From assembly GCA_963783885.1 (NCBI GenBank), contig CAWAPJ010000028.1:1-64000 (forward strand): DNA of 64,000 nt, read 5' to 3'. The position numbers were made by a program, and so were the translations under genes. The notes under the pieces were generated by a model. The model saw only the letters and a program-made list of their open reading frames with translations. It ran no database searches and was not told the origin of the DNA. This document shows, piece after piece, positions 29,871 to 39,977 of the stretch (position 1 is the first letter of the stretch; each line of letters opens with the position of its first letter). Source of the DNA: Waddliaceae bacterium. Lineage in GTDB: Bacteria; Chlamydiota; Chlamydiia; Chlamydiales; SLFE01.

Positions 29871-30030
29871 GTAAGTGTTCGGTGATCTACGTTTCCGGAG
29901 AACGCAGCGCGGGCGAAGGGCTGCAAGGCGCCCGATGCAGACAACCCCTTGAGGGGTTGTCGAAGCAGGCGGGCGAAGCAGATCAAAGCCCCCGCAAGTT
30001 ATCCGGAAACATAGATCGCCAAATGCTTAC
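29871..30030 (+). mobile_element. Palindromic MITE-like element, copy B
   Basis: GTAAGTGTTCGGTGATCTA...TAGATCGCCAAATGCTTAC; flanks AAACACCT / AAACACAA (6 of 8 match); homologous to 21162-21311. Confidence 0.8.
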
Positions 30031-30049
30031 AAACACAAGGATTAAATCT

Positions 30050-31012
30050 ATGGAATACCGTACTTTAGGAAAAAGAGGACTCCTTCTTAGCGAGCTTTCT
30101 CTGGGGTCGTGGCTCAGCTTCGGCGATAAAACCGGGCTGGATGCTGTCAAAGAGATGTGCCATTTTGCGTTTGACCACGGCATTATCTTTTTTGACAACG
30201 CGGAAGTCTATGCCAACGGAGCTTCCGAGCTGTTAATGGGCGAAGCTTTAAGGGATTTCCGCAGGGACGAGATTGTCGTTTCAACGAAAATCTTTTTTGG
30301 CGGAGAAGGGCCGAATAAAATGGGCCACTCCTGGAAACGTTTAATCGAAGGAACGAAAAATTCTTTAAGACGCCTGCAGATGGATCATGTGGATCTGCTC
30401 TATTGCCACAGAAAAGACGACAACACATCCGTTGAAGAAGCGGTGCGGGCTATGGACATCCTCATCAAGCAGGGACACGCCCTCTATTGGGGCACTTCGG
30501 AATGGGAGGCCAGCGATATTGACGAAGCTTTTAAGATCGCCAAGGACATCGGCGCGACTCCCCCATCAGTTGAGCAGCCGGAGTACAATATGTTCCATAG
30601 GAGAAAAGTTGAGAAGGACTTCGTCCCCCTCTATAAAAAATACGGTCTCGGTTTAACGACTTACAGCCCGACAGCCTCGGGAGTGCTGACAGGAAAATAT
30701 AAAAATGGAATCCCCAAAGGGAGCCGTCTGGAACAAAATCCGGAATTTATCCCTGCCGACTTCGATGAAAGAGTGGAGAAAGCCAAGCTCCTTGAGCAGG
30801 TAGCCAATAAACTCGGCTGCACCCTCGCGCAGCTCTCGATTGCCTGGGTGTTAAAAAACCCGGATGTCAGCACCGTTTTGGTCGGAGCGTCAAAGCCTGA
30901 GCAGCTGACAGAAAATATCAAGGCGATTCAATTCAAAGATAAGTTGACAAAAGAGGTGCAAAAGGAAATCGAATCCATCTTATCAAAAACCCTAGTTGCG
31001 TCAAAATCATGA
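30050..31012 (+). CDS. Aldo/keto reductase (Kv beta-subunit-like)
   Basis: MEYRTLGKRGL..LSLGSW, FDNAEVY, STKIF, YWGTSEW, EQPEYNM; SD AAGGA before ATG 30050. Confidence 0.9.
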   Translation: MEYRTLGKRGLLLSELSLGSWLSFGDKTGLDAVKEMCHFAFDHGIIFFDNAEVYANGASELLMGEALRDFRRDEIVVSTKIFFGGEGPNKMGHSWKRLIEGTKNSLRRLQMDHVDLLYCHRKDDNTSVEEAVRAMDILIKQGHALYWGTSEWEASDIDEAFKIAKDIGATPPSVEQPEYNMFHRRKVEKDFVPLYKKYGLGLTTYSPTASGVLTGKYKNGIPKGSRLEQNPEFIPADFDERVEKAKLLEQVANKLGCTLAQLSIAWVLKNPDVSTVLVGASKPEQLTENIKAIQFKDKLTKEVQKEIESILSKTLVASKS

Positions 31013-31521
31013 CAACAGAACGCGTCAATGCAGTCCATATGCAAGGCGAGCCGCTAACTCTGCTCGGCGAAGAAATTGAGGTGGGCAGTAAAGCTCCGAC
31101 TGTACTGCTCACCGATCAGAAACTTAAGCCGGTAGAATTTAGCTATATTCCCGGGAAGACTTGCATTGTCTCTTCTGTCCCTTCTCTGGACACCTCAGTC
31201 TGCGATAAGCAAACGCGCTACTTTAACAGAGCTGCCAGCAAGCTGGACAATACCGAAGTTGTCACTATCAGCATGGACCTGCCGTTTGCGCAAAAACGGT
31301 GGTGCGAGTCCTCGGGAGTAGACAGCATCACTACTTATTCAGACTATAGGGAAAAAAGTTTCGGCAAAGCCTACGGCCTTCTCATAAAAGAACTTTGCCT
31401 GCTGAGCCGGGCTGTCATTATCATCGATAAAGAAGGAATCATCCGATACAAACAATATGTTCCCGAGATTACCGAGCAGCCCGATTACGACGATGTCATG
31501 AAAGCCATTAAGAAGGCTTAA
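31009..31521 (+). CDS. tpx: Thiol peroxidase (atypical 2-Cys peroxiredoxin)
   Basis: VPSLDTSVC, ISMDLPFAQKRWC, EITEQPDYD. Confidence 0.95.
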   Translation: MTTERVNAVHMQGEPLTLLGEEIEVGSKAPTVLLTDQKLKPVEFSYIPGKTCIVSSVPSLDTSVCDKQTRYFNRAASKLDNTEVVTISMDLPFAQKRWCESSGVDSITTYSDYREKSFGKAYGLLIKELCLLSRAVIIIDKEGIIRYKQYVPEITEQPDYDDVMKAIKKA

Positions 31522-32179
31522 AGCCCATCTGGCTCCAGTATTGTTTTCCGTAGTTGATAAGAAGCTGCTGCCCCTTTCTGATTTTTTTCTTGGAGTAGTA
31601 GACCACCATGGGCAAATGGAAAGCTTTTTCTTCCCTAAGATAAATAATCGCTTCTAGGTTGCATTTTTTCGAGTAGGCATGATTGATATAGCGGGTGAAA
31701 TTTCCGCAGGTTTTCGCGTCGATAAAAATGCCTGAGTCGTCAAGCGCCTCAAAAAGATACGAGGAGCCGCTTCCTTCATCGAGCCGCCACTGGCCGGTAT
31801 AAAAACCGATAAACTCCCCTTTTTCGATATCCCGCTCCGCATAAACTCCATACCCGACAAAATCATCGATGAAACGTATAGATATATAAGGGGGAATGCC
31901 CGAGCCGAATAAGGGGTCAAGAGCCCTCAAGTACTCAAAATAATTTTGAATATTCCGGATATCCTCTTCTAATTCCATGCTTCCGTCGAACCATGAAGGG
32001 TCGTTAGGATTGAAAAACTCAACGGGATCTTGAGCGCAAAGTTTCTTGGTTTTTTTGCTAATACTCGCCAACAAATCCGAGTTTTCAGCGGCAGGCTCCG
32101 CCAGGCACATTTGCTGCGGGAGGGAGGTTAAGCCATTGCACGAAATTTTAGTTAAGATATGCTCCATAAGAATATCCAT
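31508..32179 (-). CDS. SET-domain protein lysine methyltransferase
   Basis: VGYGVYA..FIGFYTG, GNFTRYINH, QLLINYG..YW; the ORF-track N-terminal extension overlaps the divergent gene and is probably not real. Confidence 0.85.
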   Translation of the reverse strand: MDILMEHILTKISCNGLTSLPQQMCLAEPAAENSDLLASISKKTKKLCAQDPVEFFNPNDPSWFDGSMELEEDIRNIQNYFEYLRALDPLFGSGIPPYISIRFIDDFVGYGVYAERDIEKGEFIGFYTGQWRLDEGSGSSYLFEALDDSGIFIDAKTCGNFTRYINHAYSKKCNLEAIIYLREEKAFHLPMVVYYSKKKIRKGQQLLINYGKQYWSQMGFKPS

Positions 32180-32273
32180 TTTACACTTTTTAAACTTATT
32201 TTTCAACTTTAAACTAAAGTTCTTCTTTTCTATAATTTGACGTTCCTGCATTAAACTTATGAATGGGTGAAAA

Positions 32274-34442
32274 ATGATGCTTTCGAATATGAAAAAAAAT
32301 ATTTTACTGATTTTGATACTTCTAACAGGGTATGCAGAAGCATTAGAAGTTTCGGCAATTACCCCGCAGGAAATGCGCGTGTCCACTGCAAAAGAAATAC
32401 GGGAACTCGAAGATGTTCCCGAAGAGCTGCTCGCCTCCCTCAAAAAGTATCATAAAACTCGAAAATACAAATTTAACCTCAATGATTTTTTTGAGACTCC
32501 CAACCTCTTTATTGAGAGAAGAATCGAAGCCCTGGAAAACCTGCAAAGCGCCATTCCGCAAGAAAGCCGCTATGAGTTTTTACGAAAGCAAATCACCTGC
32601 AAGCTTGCCTATCTGAAAGCGCTGCCCGATATGCTCGACAGCCGCACGACCCGCTTGGAAATGAAGTTCAGAAAAATGGCCGACCGCGGCGTCGAGCTGT
32701 GCGAAGCGTATAGCTTCGAGCTGCTCGATCCCCTTCACAGAATTGGCCCGGAGGTGAAAGTTTATGTCGATACGTGGCTTTCAACAGATATTCCCAATTA
32801 CTTTGTTTTTCTGGAAACTGTCGAATATGAGCCGCTTCTCAGCCGATTCTGCCCCTTTAAAAATCAAGTCAAATATTATCTTACCGACGAAGAAAGAAGC
32901 TGCCATCGCTTGCAATTCCAAGACGGAATTGCCTATCTGAATGGACTCCCTTTCGACACCGGCCGCAGCCTCTCCCTCTATTCGGATGAAGAGGGATTCG
33001 CCATTTTTACCGTCGGACTGGATAAAGAAATCTACGTCAACAGCCACATCAAATTCCGAATTCACCATTCAAGCGAATTTGCCGGCGGCGAGGTTCTTGG
33101 CGCGGGAGAAGTGAAGGCCATAGACGGAAAAATTTTGCACATTTCCAACAAAAGCGGGCACTACTCTCCCAAGCACAAAGAAATGATGGATATTCTCGCC
33201 GTTTTTCAGGAAAAGCTCGGCGATCTGACAGGTATTGAGCTGGAAATGCTCCAATATACAAAAACCAACCAAAAGTATTTCAAGCAGCTGGCGACATTCG
33301 ACGCTCAGCAATACTTCGACAGTAACGGAATTTGCCCCTCAACCGGCGCTACCGGCGGCTGGACGCCGCTGCATGTCGCAGTTTGGAACGATCATACTGC
33401 GATAGCCGAACAGGTTGTCAAAGAGTGCGACTTGAATACAAAAGATTTTCAAGGCAACACTCCCTTGCACCTGGCAATCATCCAGGGCCATGTGGAATGG
33501 GCTCGAATTCTTTTGGAACGGGGAGCTCAGCCCGATGAAAAAAATGACAATGGCAACACCACGCTTCATTTGGCCGCGTTTTTCGCGAGGGAAGAAATCA
33601 CTGCCATGCTGCTGGAAAAAGCCGACACCATCGACGAGCTCAATCAAAACTTGCAAACCCCTCTTCACTATGCCGCTGTCGGCGGATCTCAAACGATTTT
33701 TGAAAATCTTCTAAAGAAGGGAGCCAATCCCGATTTAACAGACCGCTGGGAGAACAATCTTTTTCATTTCGCCGTCGCAAAAGGAAATACCGGATTCCTC
33801 CTCTATCTTTTGCAAAGCAGTTTCAGCGATAAAATTCATGAAAAAAACAGCCGAGATGCCACGCCCCTGCATTTCGCCGCGGGATTTGGAGATCTGATGA
33901 CTGTCCAGCTGATTTTGAGCCTGGGATTCGATCCCCTGGCAACCGACATGAAAGGAAGAACGGCGCTGCACTACAGCGTCAAATTCGGAAATGAACAAAC
34001 AACAAGACTCTTTCTAAATATGAATAATGAAGAGCTGATCCACACAAAAAATAACAAACAAATGACAGCCCTACACTATGCGGCGAAAACGCTCCCGTAT
34101 ACCAGTCTGCAGCAATTGATTGCCCACGGACTTAGAGTCAATTCAATCGACAAAGCGGGGAAAACCCCGCTTTTCTACGCGATCGACGGCCGCAATGCCA
34201 TGTCGCTTCGCAACCTCAAATATCTCTTGATGCATGGCGGCCACTCCGACATCTACGACTACCATGGACAAGCGCTCATCCATTACGCCGCTTCCAAGGG
34301 AGCCATCAGCGCGGTCAGGCGTATCCTCACCTCGTCAAACGACCTAAGCTTAAAAGATAGAAATGGGCGCACTGCTCTCGAAATTGCCCGTTCGAAAAAT
34401 TATCATCGACTGGAACAGTACCTTCTTGATCATTCCGATTAA
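32274..34442 (+). CDS. Secreted protein with HHSS/SGHY domain and C-terminal ankyrin repeats
   Basis: Signal peptide (MKKNILLILILLTGYAEA); HHSSEFAGGEVLGAGE..ISNKSGHYSP; about 10 TPLH/TALH ankyrin repeats. Confidence 0.85.
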   Translation: MMLSNMKKNILLILILLTGYAEALEVSAITPQEMRVSTAKEIRELEDVPEELLASLKKYHKTRKYKFNLNDFFETPNLFIERRIEALENLQSAIPQESRYEFLRKQITCKLAYLKALPDMLDSRTTRLEMKFRKMADRGVELCEAYSFELLDPLHRIGPEVKVYVDTWLSTDIPNYFVFLETVEYEPLLSRFCPFKNQVKYYLTDEERSCHRLQFQDGIAYLNGLPFDTGRSLSLYSDEEGFAIFTVGLDKEIYVNSHIKFRIHHSSEFAGGEVLGAGEVKAIDGKILHISNKSGHYSPKHKEMMDILAVFQEKLGDLTGIELEMLQYTKTNQKYFKQLATFDAQQYFDSNGICPSTGATGGWTPLHVAVWNDHTAIAEQVVKECDLNTKDFQGNTPLHLAIIQGHVEWARILLERGAQPDEKNDNGNTTLHLAAFFAREEITAMLLEKADTIDELNQNLQTPLHYAAVGGSQTIFENLLKKGANPDLTDRWENNLFHFAVAKGNTGFLLYLLQSSFSDKIHEKNSRDATPLHFAAGFGDLMTVQLILSLGFDPLATDMKGRTALHYSVKFGNEQTTRLFLNMNNEELIHTKNNKQMTALHYAAKTLPYTSLQQLIAHGLRVNSIDKAGKTPLFYAIDGRNAMSLRNLKYLLMHGGHSDIYDYHGQALIHYAASKGAISAVRRILTSSNDLSLKDRNGRTALEIARSKNYHRLEQYLLDHSD

Positions 34443-34506
34443 TCATTTTTCTGTGCAATAAAAATTTTGATTTGATAGACTCCAGAAAATTTGACAGGAG
34501 GTTATC

Positions 34507-35967
34507 ATGAACCCGGTTAGTTGGTTATTTAGATCAAAATATGAAGGATCGCAGCAAGAGACGGACACAATCAATCTGTTTGGAAAACGGGAACCCATCG
34601 AACAGAAGCAGCCCAAAGACATCAAAAACAAAAAGATAAAGCGATATCAACCTGAAGAGGTTCATCTTGACCTGCCTGAGAAATGGAAAGAAAAGAGAGC
34701 TAATTTTACGATCTATTTGGACAAATTGCAATACATCCGGTGCCATGAGGAAATTATTGACAAAATTCCTGTACTTGGCAGGGGCGGCCTTTTGGACAAT
34801 GCGGTGACTCTCAATCAGCCGGCCGCAGGGGCAAAGCCGATTATCGAGTATTTATATACCGGCAAGATTGAACTGACAGACCAAAACGTTGAGGAGATTG
34901 CCCGCGTCGCTCATATGTGGGATGTCAAAGATGTTCTCTGTAAATACGACTCCTTTATCAAATCACAAGGCCATATCGATATTTGTTTAAAATTATGGAA
35001 GCTCGATATTCCAATGCTCAATGAGTGTTTGATGTACTTTTTATTAGATAATGCCCAAAGCCTTAAGAAATCACCGGAATTCCCCTTCATCTCACTCGAC
35101 CATCTCTTTGAGCTTCTGGGAGATCGTACTATCTGTATTAAATCGCAATATGAGCTGCTTGTTCTGATGATGAAATGGGGAAAAGCCAATTGCCCCGATG
35201 ATCAATCAGTAGCAGAATTTCTCCGTTCGCAGACTTCAGCGAATGGGCAGCGGCTGATCGACACGATCGATTTCACTTCAATACATCCAACACATATGCT
35301 GGATGTCATGGAGAATAAGCTTTTGACCGAGGATGAATATCAAATCTATGCTAAGATTGTCACACAAAGAATTGAGAACAGTCCTTCTTATAAAAACAGA
35401 TGCGGCCGCTATGAAAAGGACTACTGCAACAGAGATTTTCTCGAATCTCTGTATTATAAAACCGATTGGAAACCCGAAGATTACAATGAGCATACAAAAT
35501 TTGAAAGCAATATAGTTAGAACTTTTTGGAAGATTGACGATGTGAAACAATCGATTGAAAAAATGAGAGCCGGGGAAGTCGAGGTAACATCGGCTTTTGA
35601 TTTTGTCGGTGAATATGATCATCAATACTATTTAACATGCAGCATCACTGACGACAACTATCTCCATTTTTGCCTTGAGAGCGATGATCTTTTAACCACT
35701 GAAGACGAAGAACAAGAAGACTTGTCTCTTTTTCTTGAATTGAGATTGATCAATCAAAATGATCGGTCAAGACATATCACCAAGAGGGTAAGAACCACAA
35801 TTAGCGATGGAGACTGTCCGAAAAACTTGGCTGAAGGGAATTTAGATTTTGACCTTAAAATCGGCGAAAAGTTAATCCCTATTGACGATCTGCTCAATCC
35901 TAAGAAGGGTTGGGTGGTCAATAATGAGATGATTCTCTCTGCCAAAATCAAGATCAAAAAGATCTAA
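34507..35967 (+). CDS. BTB/POZ-BACK domain protein with C-terminal MATH-like domain
   Basis: IIEYLYTGKIELTDQNVEEI (BTB), SQYELLVLMMKW..IDF (BACK), FWKIDD..ELRLINQ..LIPIDDLLNPKKGWVVNNEMILSAKI (MATH). Confidence 0.75.
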   Translation: MNPVSWLFRSKYEGSQQETDTINLFGKREPIEQKQPKDIKNKKIKRYQPEEVHLDLPEKWKEKRANFTIYLDKLQYIRCHEEIIDKIPVLGRGGLLDNAVTLNQPAAGAKPIIEYLYTGKIELTDQNVEEIARVAHMWDVKDVLCKYDSFIKSQGHIDICLKLWKLDIPMLNECLMYFLLDNAQSLKKSPEFPFISLDHLFELLGDRTICIKSQYELLVLMMKWGKANCPDDQSVAEFLRSQTSANGQRLIDTIDFTSIHPTHMLDVMENKLLTEDEYQIYAKIVTQRIENSPSYKNRCGRYEKDYCNRDFLESLYYKTDWKPEDYNEHTKFESNIVRTFWKIDDVKQSIEKMRAGEVEVTSAFDFVGEYDHQYYLTCSITDDNYLHFCLESDDLLTTEDEEQEDLSLFLELRLINQNDRSRHITKRVRTTISDGDCPKNLAEGNLDFDLKIGEKLIPIDDLLNPKKGWVVNNEMILSAKIKIKKI

Positions 35968-36016
35968 TTCTCTGGTATCAGTTGAAGAAAATGAGAGAAA
36001 TGCCTAAATTGCCGAT

Positions 36017-36673
36017 ATGATGGTGTTACTGTGCTTTTCTGCCGAGGCGAGCTTTACAGCCGCGATCTTATTGGCAGTTTTGGGCTACGCGGCTATATTG
36101 GAGACGACAAACAAACGAGCGTTGTTTTTGGCGTCGGTACCGATTCTTTTTGCCGTACAGCAGTTTTCCGAAGGCGTTTTGTGGATCTGCTTAAACACTG
36201 GATATTATCCCTCGGTCCTTGCTTCGTTGGCAGAATGGATCTTCCTTTTCTTTGCTTTTGTCAACTGGCCTATCTGGCTTCCCTTGTCTCTTTTCTTAAT
36301 TGAACGCCGTTATGTCCAAAAATCGATTATTTTTATTGCACTCATCATTGGCCTTACGTTTGTTATCTGGAATCTTATTCTGGCATTCGACTCTCCGGTT
36401 ACTGTCGAAATCGTTCAAAACAGCATCCAATACAGCGCATATGAAACAGCGTCCTCCGCAGTTTTTCTGACACTGCGCATCCTCTATATTTTAGCGGTCC
36501 TCATCCCATGCTTTGCTTCGAGCTGGCGCTATATGTGGGTCTTTGGCCTCATCGTCGCTGCCACCTTCGTTGCCGCGGAATACTTCTACCATGCCGTCTT
36601 CACTTCTGTCTGGTGCTTCTTTGCCGCTGTCACCAGCGCCTCCCTTTTTGTCGTTCTGCGTCAAAACAGATAG
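36017..36673 (+). CDS. Integral membrane protein (CFSAxASF...FTSVWCFFAA family)
   Basis: Seven hydrophobic segments with CFSAEASF, QQFSEG, FTSVWCFFAA. Confidence 0.75.
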   Translation: MMVLLCFSAEASFTAAILLAVLGYAAILETTNKRALFLASVPILFAVQQFSEGVLWICLNTGYYPSVLASLAEWIFLFFAFVNWPIWLPLSLFLIERRYVQKSIIFIALIIGLTFVIWNLILAFDSPVTVEIVQNSIQYSAYETASSAVFLTLRILYILAVLIPCFASSWRYMWVFGLIVAATFVAAEYFYHAVFTSVWCFFAAVTSASLFVVLRQNR

Positions 36674-36725
36674 CACTTTACAAAAATTCATTTTCATATG
36701 AGAATATTTATACGGTTGCGAGTTT

Positions 36726-36914
36726 ATGTTAAAATGGGTTCAGACATTAAAAAATGCCGATAACAAGGCCAGGTGGTTCTATTTTCAGTATATTATTTAC
36801 TTGATAGCCATCATACTCTCTACTATTTGGGCCTATGCGCGGCTGGACTTTGTCCGCAGCTATGACGAAAAACAAGAAGAACAAATCCAAAAACTAGAAA
36901 AAAGACAATCATGA
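36726..36914 (+). CDS. Small single-TM hypothetical protein
   Basis: 62 aa with one TM helix; ATGA overlap with lysS. Confidence 0.6.
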   Translation: MLKWVQTLKNADNKARWFYFQYIIYLIAIILSTIWAYARLDFVRSYDEKQEEQIQKLEKRQS

Positions 36915-38527
36915 CCCCGCAAGACAAAATCAAACAGCAAATACCGAAGCCCGAGTACCATACGCACGAAGAGTTCCAAAACCGATCGAGAAAGCTTGCC
37001 GAAATCAGAGAGCTGGGGCTTAACCCTTATCCCCATAAATTTCCTAGGACTGATCCTATCCGCGACCTGCTGAAAGACTACGAAAGCAACGAGGTCGGCC
37101 ATAGCGAAGATGCCGCGGCAGGCAAGACCCCCCACGTTTCCGTAGCCGGCAGGCTTGTCCTTTTCCGCCCTATGGGAAAAAACACCTTCGGACAGATTCA
37201 GGGGCAGACAGGCAGGATTCAAGTGATGTTCAACCGCGATTTGACCGCGCTTGACGGCTATACCTCATCCGACTCGGAAGGACCGACTCCCTGGAAGCTT
37301 ATCGAAAAGAAACTGGACCTCGGCGATATCATCGGCATTGAAGGACATATATTCAGGACAAATAAAGGCGAACTGACGGTATTTGCCAAAAAAATCACAA
37401 TCCTCGGAAAGACCCTCCTCCCTCTTGCCGACAAGCACAGCGGGCTGCATGACAAAGAAATCAGGTACCGCAAGAGATGGCTTGACCTGATTTCCAATCC
37501 CGAATCCCACCGCATATTCGGCATGAGAAGCCGCATCCTGCATCTCATCAGGCAATTCATGCACAAAGAAAAATTCATAGAAGTTGAGACCCCGGTCCTG
37601 CAAAGCATCTACGGCGGCGCTGAAGCCCGCCCATTCGAGACCCATCTCAACGCTTTAGAGCAGGATATGTTCATGCGGATCTCGCTCGAGATTCCCTTGA
37701 AAAAGCTGATTATCGGCGGAATCCCCCGTGTTTTTGAGATTGGGCGGGTCTTCCGCAACGAAGGCATCGACCGCAACCACAATCCTGAGTTCACCATGCT
37801 CGAGGCTTATGCCGCCTATTGGGATTACTACGACATGATGACACTCATTGAAAATATGTTTGAGTTCATCGCCCTCGACTTGTATGGCACCACAAAGATT
37901 CCGGCAAAAATGCCGCATAATGAGGAAGAAATTACCCTCGATATGAAATCTCCCTGGCCCCGTCTGACCATGAAAGAGGCGATCAAAAAATTCGGCCATC
38001 TCGACGTCGACACTCTCAGCGATGAGGAGATGGGAAAGAGGCTTTTGCAAAGTGAACATGTCGCCCCGGAAAAGCTGCAAACAATGAATAGGGGACTTCT
38101 CATTGCCGCCATGTTCGAAGTTTTTGCCGAGCCCTACCTCATTCAGCCCCACCACATCATTGACCACCCGATTGAAACCACCCCCCTTTGCAAGCCTCAC
38201 CGAAACCCTAAAGACCGTGAGGAAGGCATTGTCGAGCGGTTTGAAAGCTTTATTCTCGGAAATGAAATCTCGAATGCCTATACGGAGCTCAACGACCCCG
38301 AGCTGCAAAGAGACCTTCTCGAACACCAGGCCGAGAGGCGCGAGCGGGGCGATCTAGAAGCCAGTCCCCTTGATGAGGAATTTATAGAAGCCATCTGCCA
38401 GGGCATGCCCCCGACAGGAGGCATCGGCATCGGCATCGACCGCATGGTGATGATTCTTACAAATTCCCACTCCATCAGGGATGTTTTGCTTTTCCCTTGG
38501 ATGAAACCTTTGGAAGACATAACATGA
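36911..38527 (+). CDS. lysS: Lysine--tRNA ligase
   Basis: RYRKRWLDL, YGGAEARPF, FRNEGID..HNPEFTMLE, GMPPTGGIGIGIDR. Confidence 0.97.
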   Translation: MTPQDKIKQQIPKPEYHTHEEFQNRSRKLAEIRELGLNPYPHKFPRTDPIRDLLKDYESNEVGHSEDAAAGKTPHVSVAGRLVLFRPMGKNTFGQIQGQTGRIQVMFNRDLTALDGYTSSDSEGPTPWKLIEKKLDLGDIIGIEGHIFRTNKGELTVFAKKITILGKTLLPLADKHSGLHDKEIRYRKRWLDLISNPESHRIFGMRSRILHLIRQFMHKEKFIEVETPVLQSIYGGAEARPFETHLNALEQDMFMRISLEIPLKKLIIGGIPRVFEIGRVFRNEGIDRNHNPEFTMLEAYAAYWDYYDMMTLIENMFEFIALDLYGTTKIPAKMPHNEEEITLDMKSPWPRLTMKEAIKKFGHLDVDTLSDEEMGKRLLQSEHVAPEKLQTMNRGLLIAAMFEVFAEPYLIQPHHIIDHPIETTPLCKPHRNPKDREEGIVERFESFILGNEISNAYTELNDPELQRDLLEHQAERRERGDLEASPLDEEFIEAICQGMPPTGGIGIGIDRMVMILTNSHSIRDVLLFPWMKPLEDIT

Positions 38528-39975
38528 TGACAGAGGAAAAAAAATCCGAGATGAAGACCGCAAAGCCGCAGCTGATGCTGTTCAATACAGAATCAAGAGA
38601 AAAAGAACCCCTTGTCCCTCTGGAAAACAACCATATCCGGATGTATACCTGCGGCCCCACCGTCTATGACTTTGCCCATATCGGAAACTTCAGAACCTAC
38701 ATGTTCGAAGATCTGCTCAGAAGAACCATAAAGTTTTTCGGCATGGATATCACTCATGTGATGAACATCACCGATGTCGATGATAAAACCATACGGGGAG
38801 CCACCCAAAAAAACATCTCCTTAAAAGACTATACCGAGCCTTTCCAGGAAGCTTTCTTTGCCGACCTCGATGCCCTCGGTATCGAACGGGCCGAGCACTA
38901 TCCGGCAGCTACCGATTATATCCCTAAAATGATCGAAATGATCGAAGTTTTGATTGAAAAAGGGTACGCTTATCCAGGCAAAGACGGCAGCGTGTACTAC
39001 AACATCCAAAAATTTAAACGATACGGATGTCTTTCGCACCTCAATTTAAAAGATTTGAAAACAGGCGGCTCCGACCGCGTCTCTTCCGATGAGTACGACA
39101 AAGACCATGTCGCAGACTTCGTCCTTTGGAAAGCCTACGACCCGGAAAGAGACGGCAGCATCTATTGGGACAGCCCTTTCGGCAAAGGGCGGCCCGGCTG
39201 GCATCTGGAATGCTCGACAATGGCCACCCGGCTTCTCGGTGAAACGCTCGATATCCACGTCGGCGGCGTGGACAACATGTTCCCCCACCACGAAAACGAG
39301 ATCGCCCAGTCCGAGGCCTGCTCGGGAAAACGGTTCGCTAAAATCTGGCTGCACTCTGAACATCTTCTCGTCGACGGTAAGAAGATGTCGAAAAGCCTGG
39401 GGAACTTTTATACCCTTCGCGACCTCTTATCCAAGGGGTATGAAGGCAGTCAAATACGCTACATGCTGCTGCAAACTCATTATAAAACGCAGCTAAATTT
39501 TACCCTTCCCGGACTCGAAGGGGCTAAGCACGCTCTTTGCCGCATGAACAATTTCATCGAACGGCTTCAAAGCGTTTCCGAAGAAAAAGCAACAACAGAA
39601 TGCAATCAATACATGGAGCAAGCTAAAAGTCGCTTCATACATGCCCTTGCCGATGACCTGAATATTTCAGTCGCCCTTTCCGCTGTTTTCGATATGATCC
39701 GAGACATTAACTCTCTTTGCGATGAGAATCGAATCGGCTTTGACGAGGCCCGGCAAGTCTTAAAGCTCATGCAATCGTTCAATCAAGTACTCGGTGTCAT
39801 GTCATTTGAAAAAACGCATGACATCCCTCAAGAAGCCCTCGACCTGCTCAAACAGCGGGACGATGCCCGAAAAAACAAAGACTGGGCACTTGCCGATGAT
39901 CTTCGTGATAAAATACATGCCTTGGGATTCGAAATCGAAGATACCCAGGGCGGTTCCAAATTGCATAAAAAATAA
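38524..39975 (+). CDS. cysS: Cysteine--tRNA ligase
   Basis: CGPTVY..HIGN, GRPGWHLEC, FPHHENE, KMSKS. Confidence 0.97.
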   Translation: MMTEEKKSEMKTAKPQLMLFNTESREKEPLVPLENNHIRMYTCGPTVYDFAHIGNFRTYMFEDLLRRTIKFFGMDITHVMNITDVDDKTIRGATQKNISLKDYTEPFQEAFFADLDALGIERAEHYPAATDYIPKMIEMIEVLIEKGYAYPGKDGSVYYNIQKFKRYGCLSHLNLKDLKTGGSDRVSSDEYDKDHVADFVLWKAYDPERDGSIYWDSPFGKGRPGWHLECSTMATRLLGETLDIHVGGVDNMFPHHENEIAQSEACSGKRFAKIWLHSEHLLVDGKKMSKSLGNFYTLRDLLSKGYEGSQIRYMLLQTHYKTQLNFTLPGLEGAKHALCRMNNFIERLQSVSEEKATTECNQYMEQAKSRFIHALADDLNISVALSAVFDMIRDINSLCDENRIGFDEARQVLKLMQSFNQVLGVMSFEKTHDIPQEALDLLKQRDDARKNKDWALADDLRDKIHALGFEIEDTQGGSKLHKK

Positions 39976-39977
39976 TT

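Noticed and set aside
32180-32443. Long N-terminal extension of the SET ORF
   Set aside because: Antisense to the ankyrin gene start and crosses an AT-rich promoter region; no domain content.
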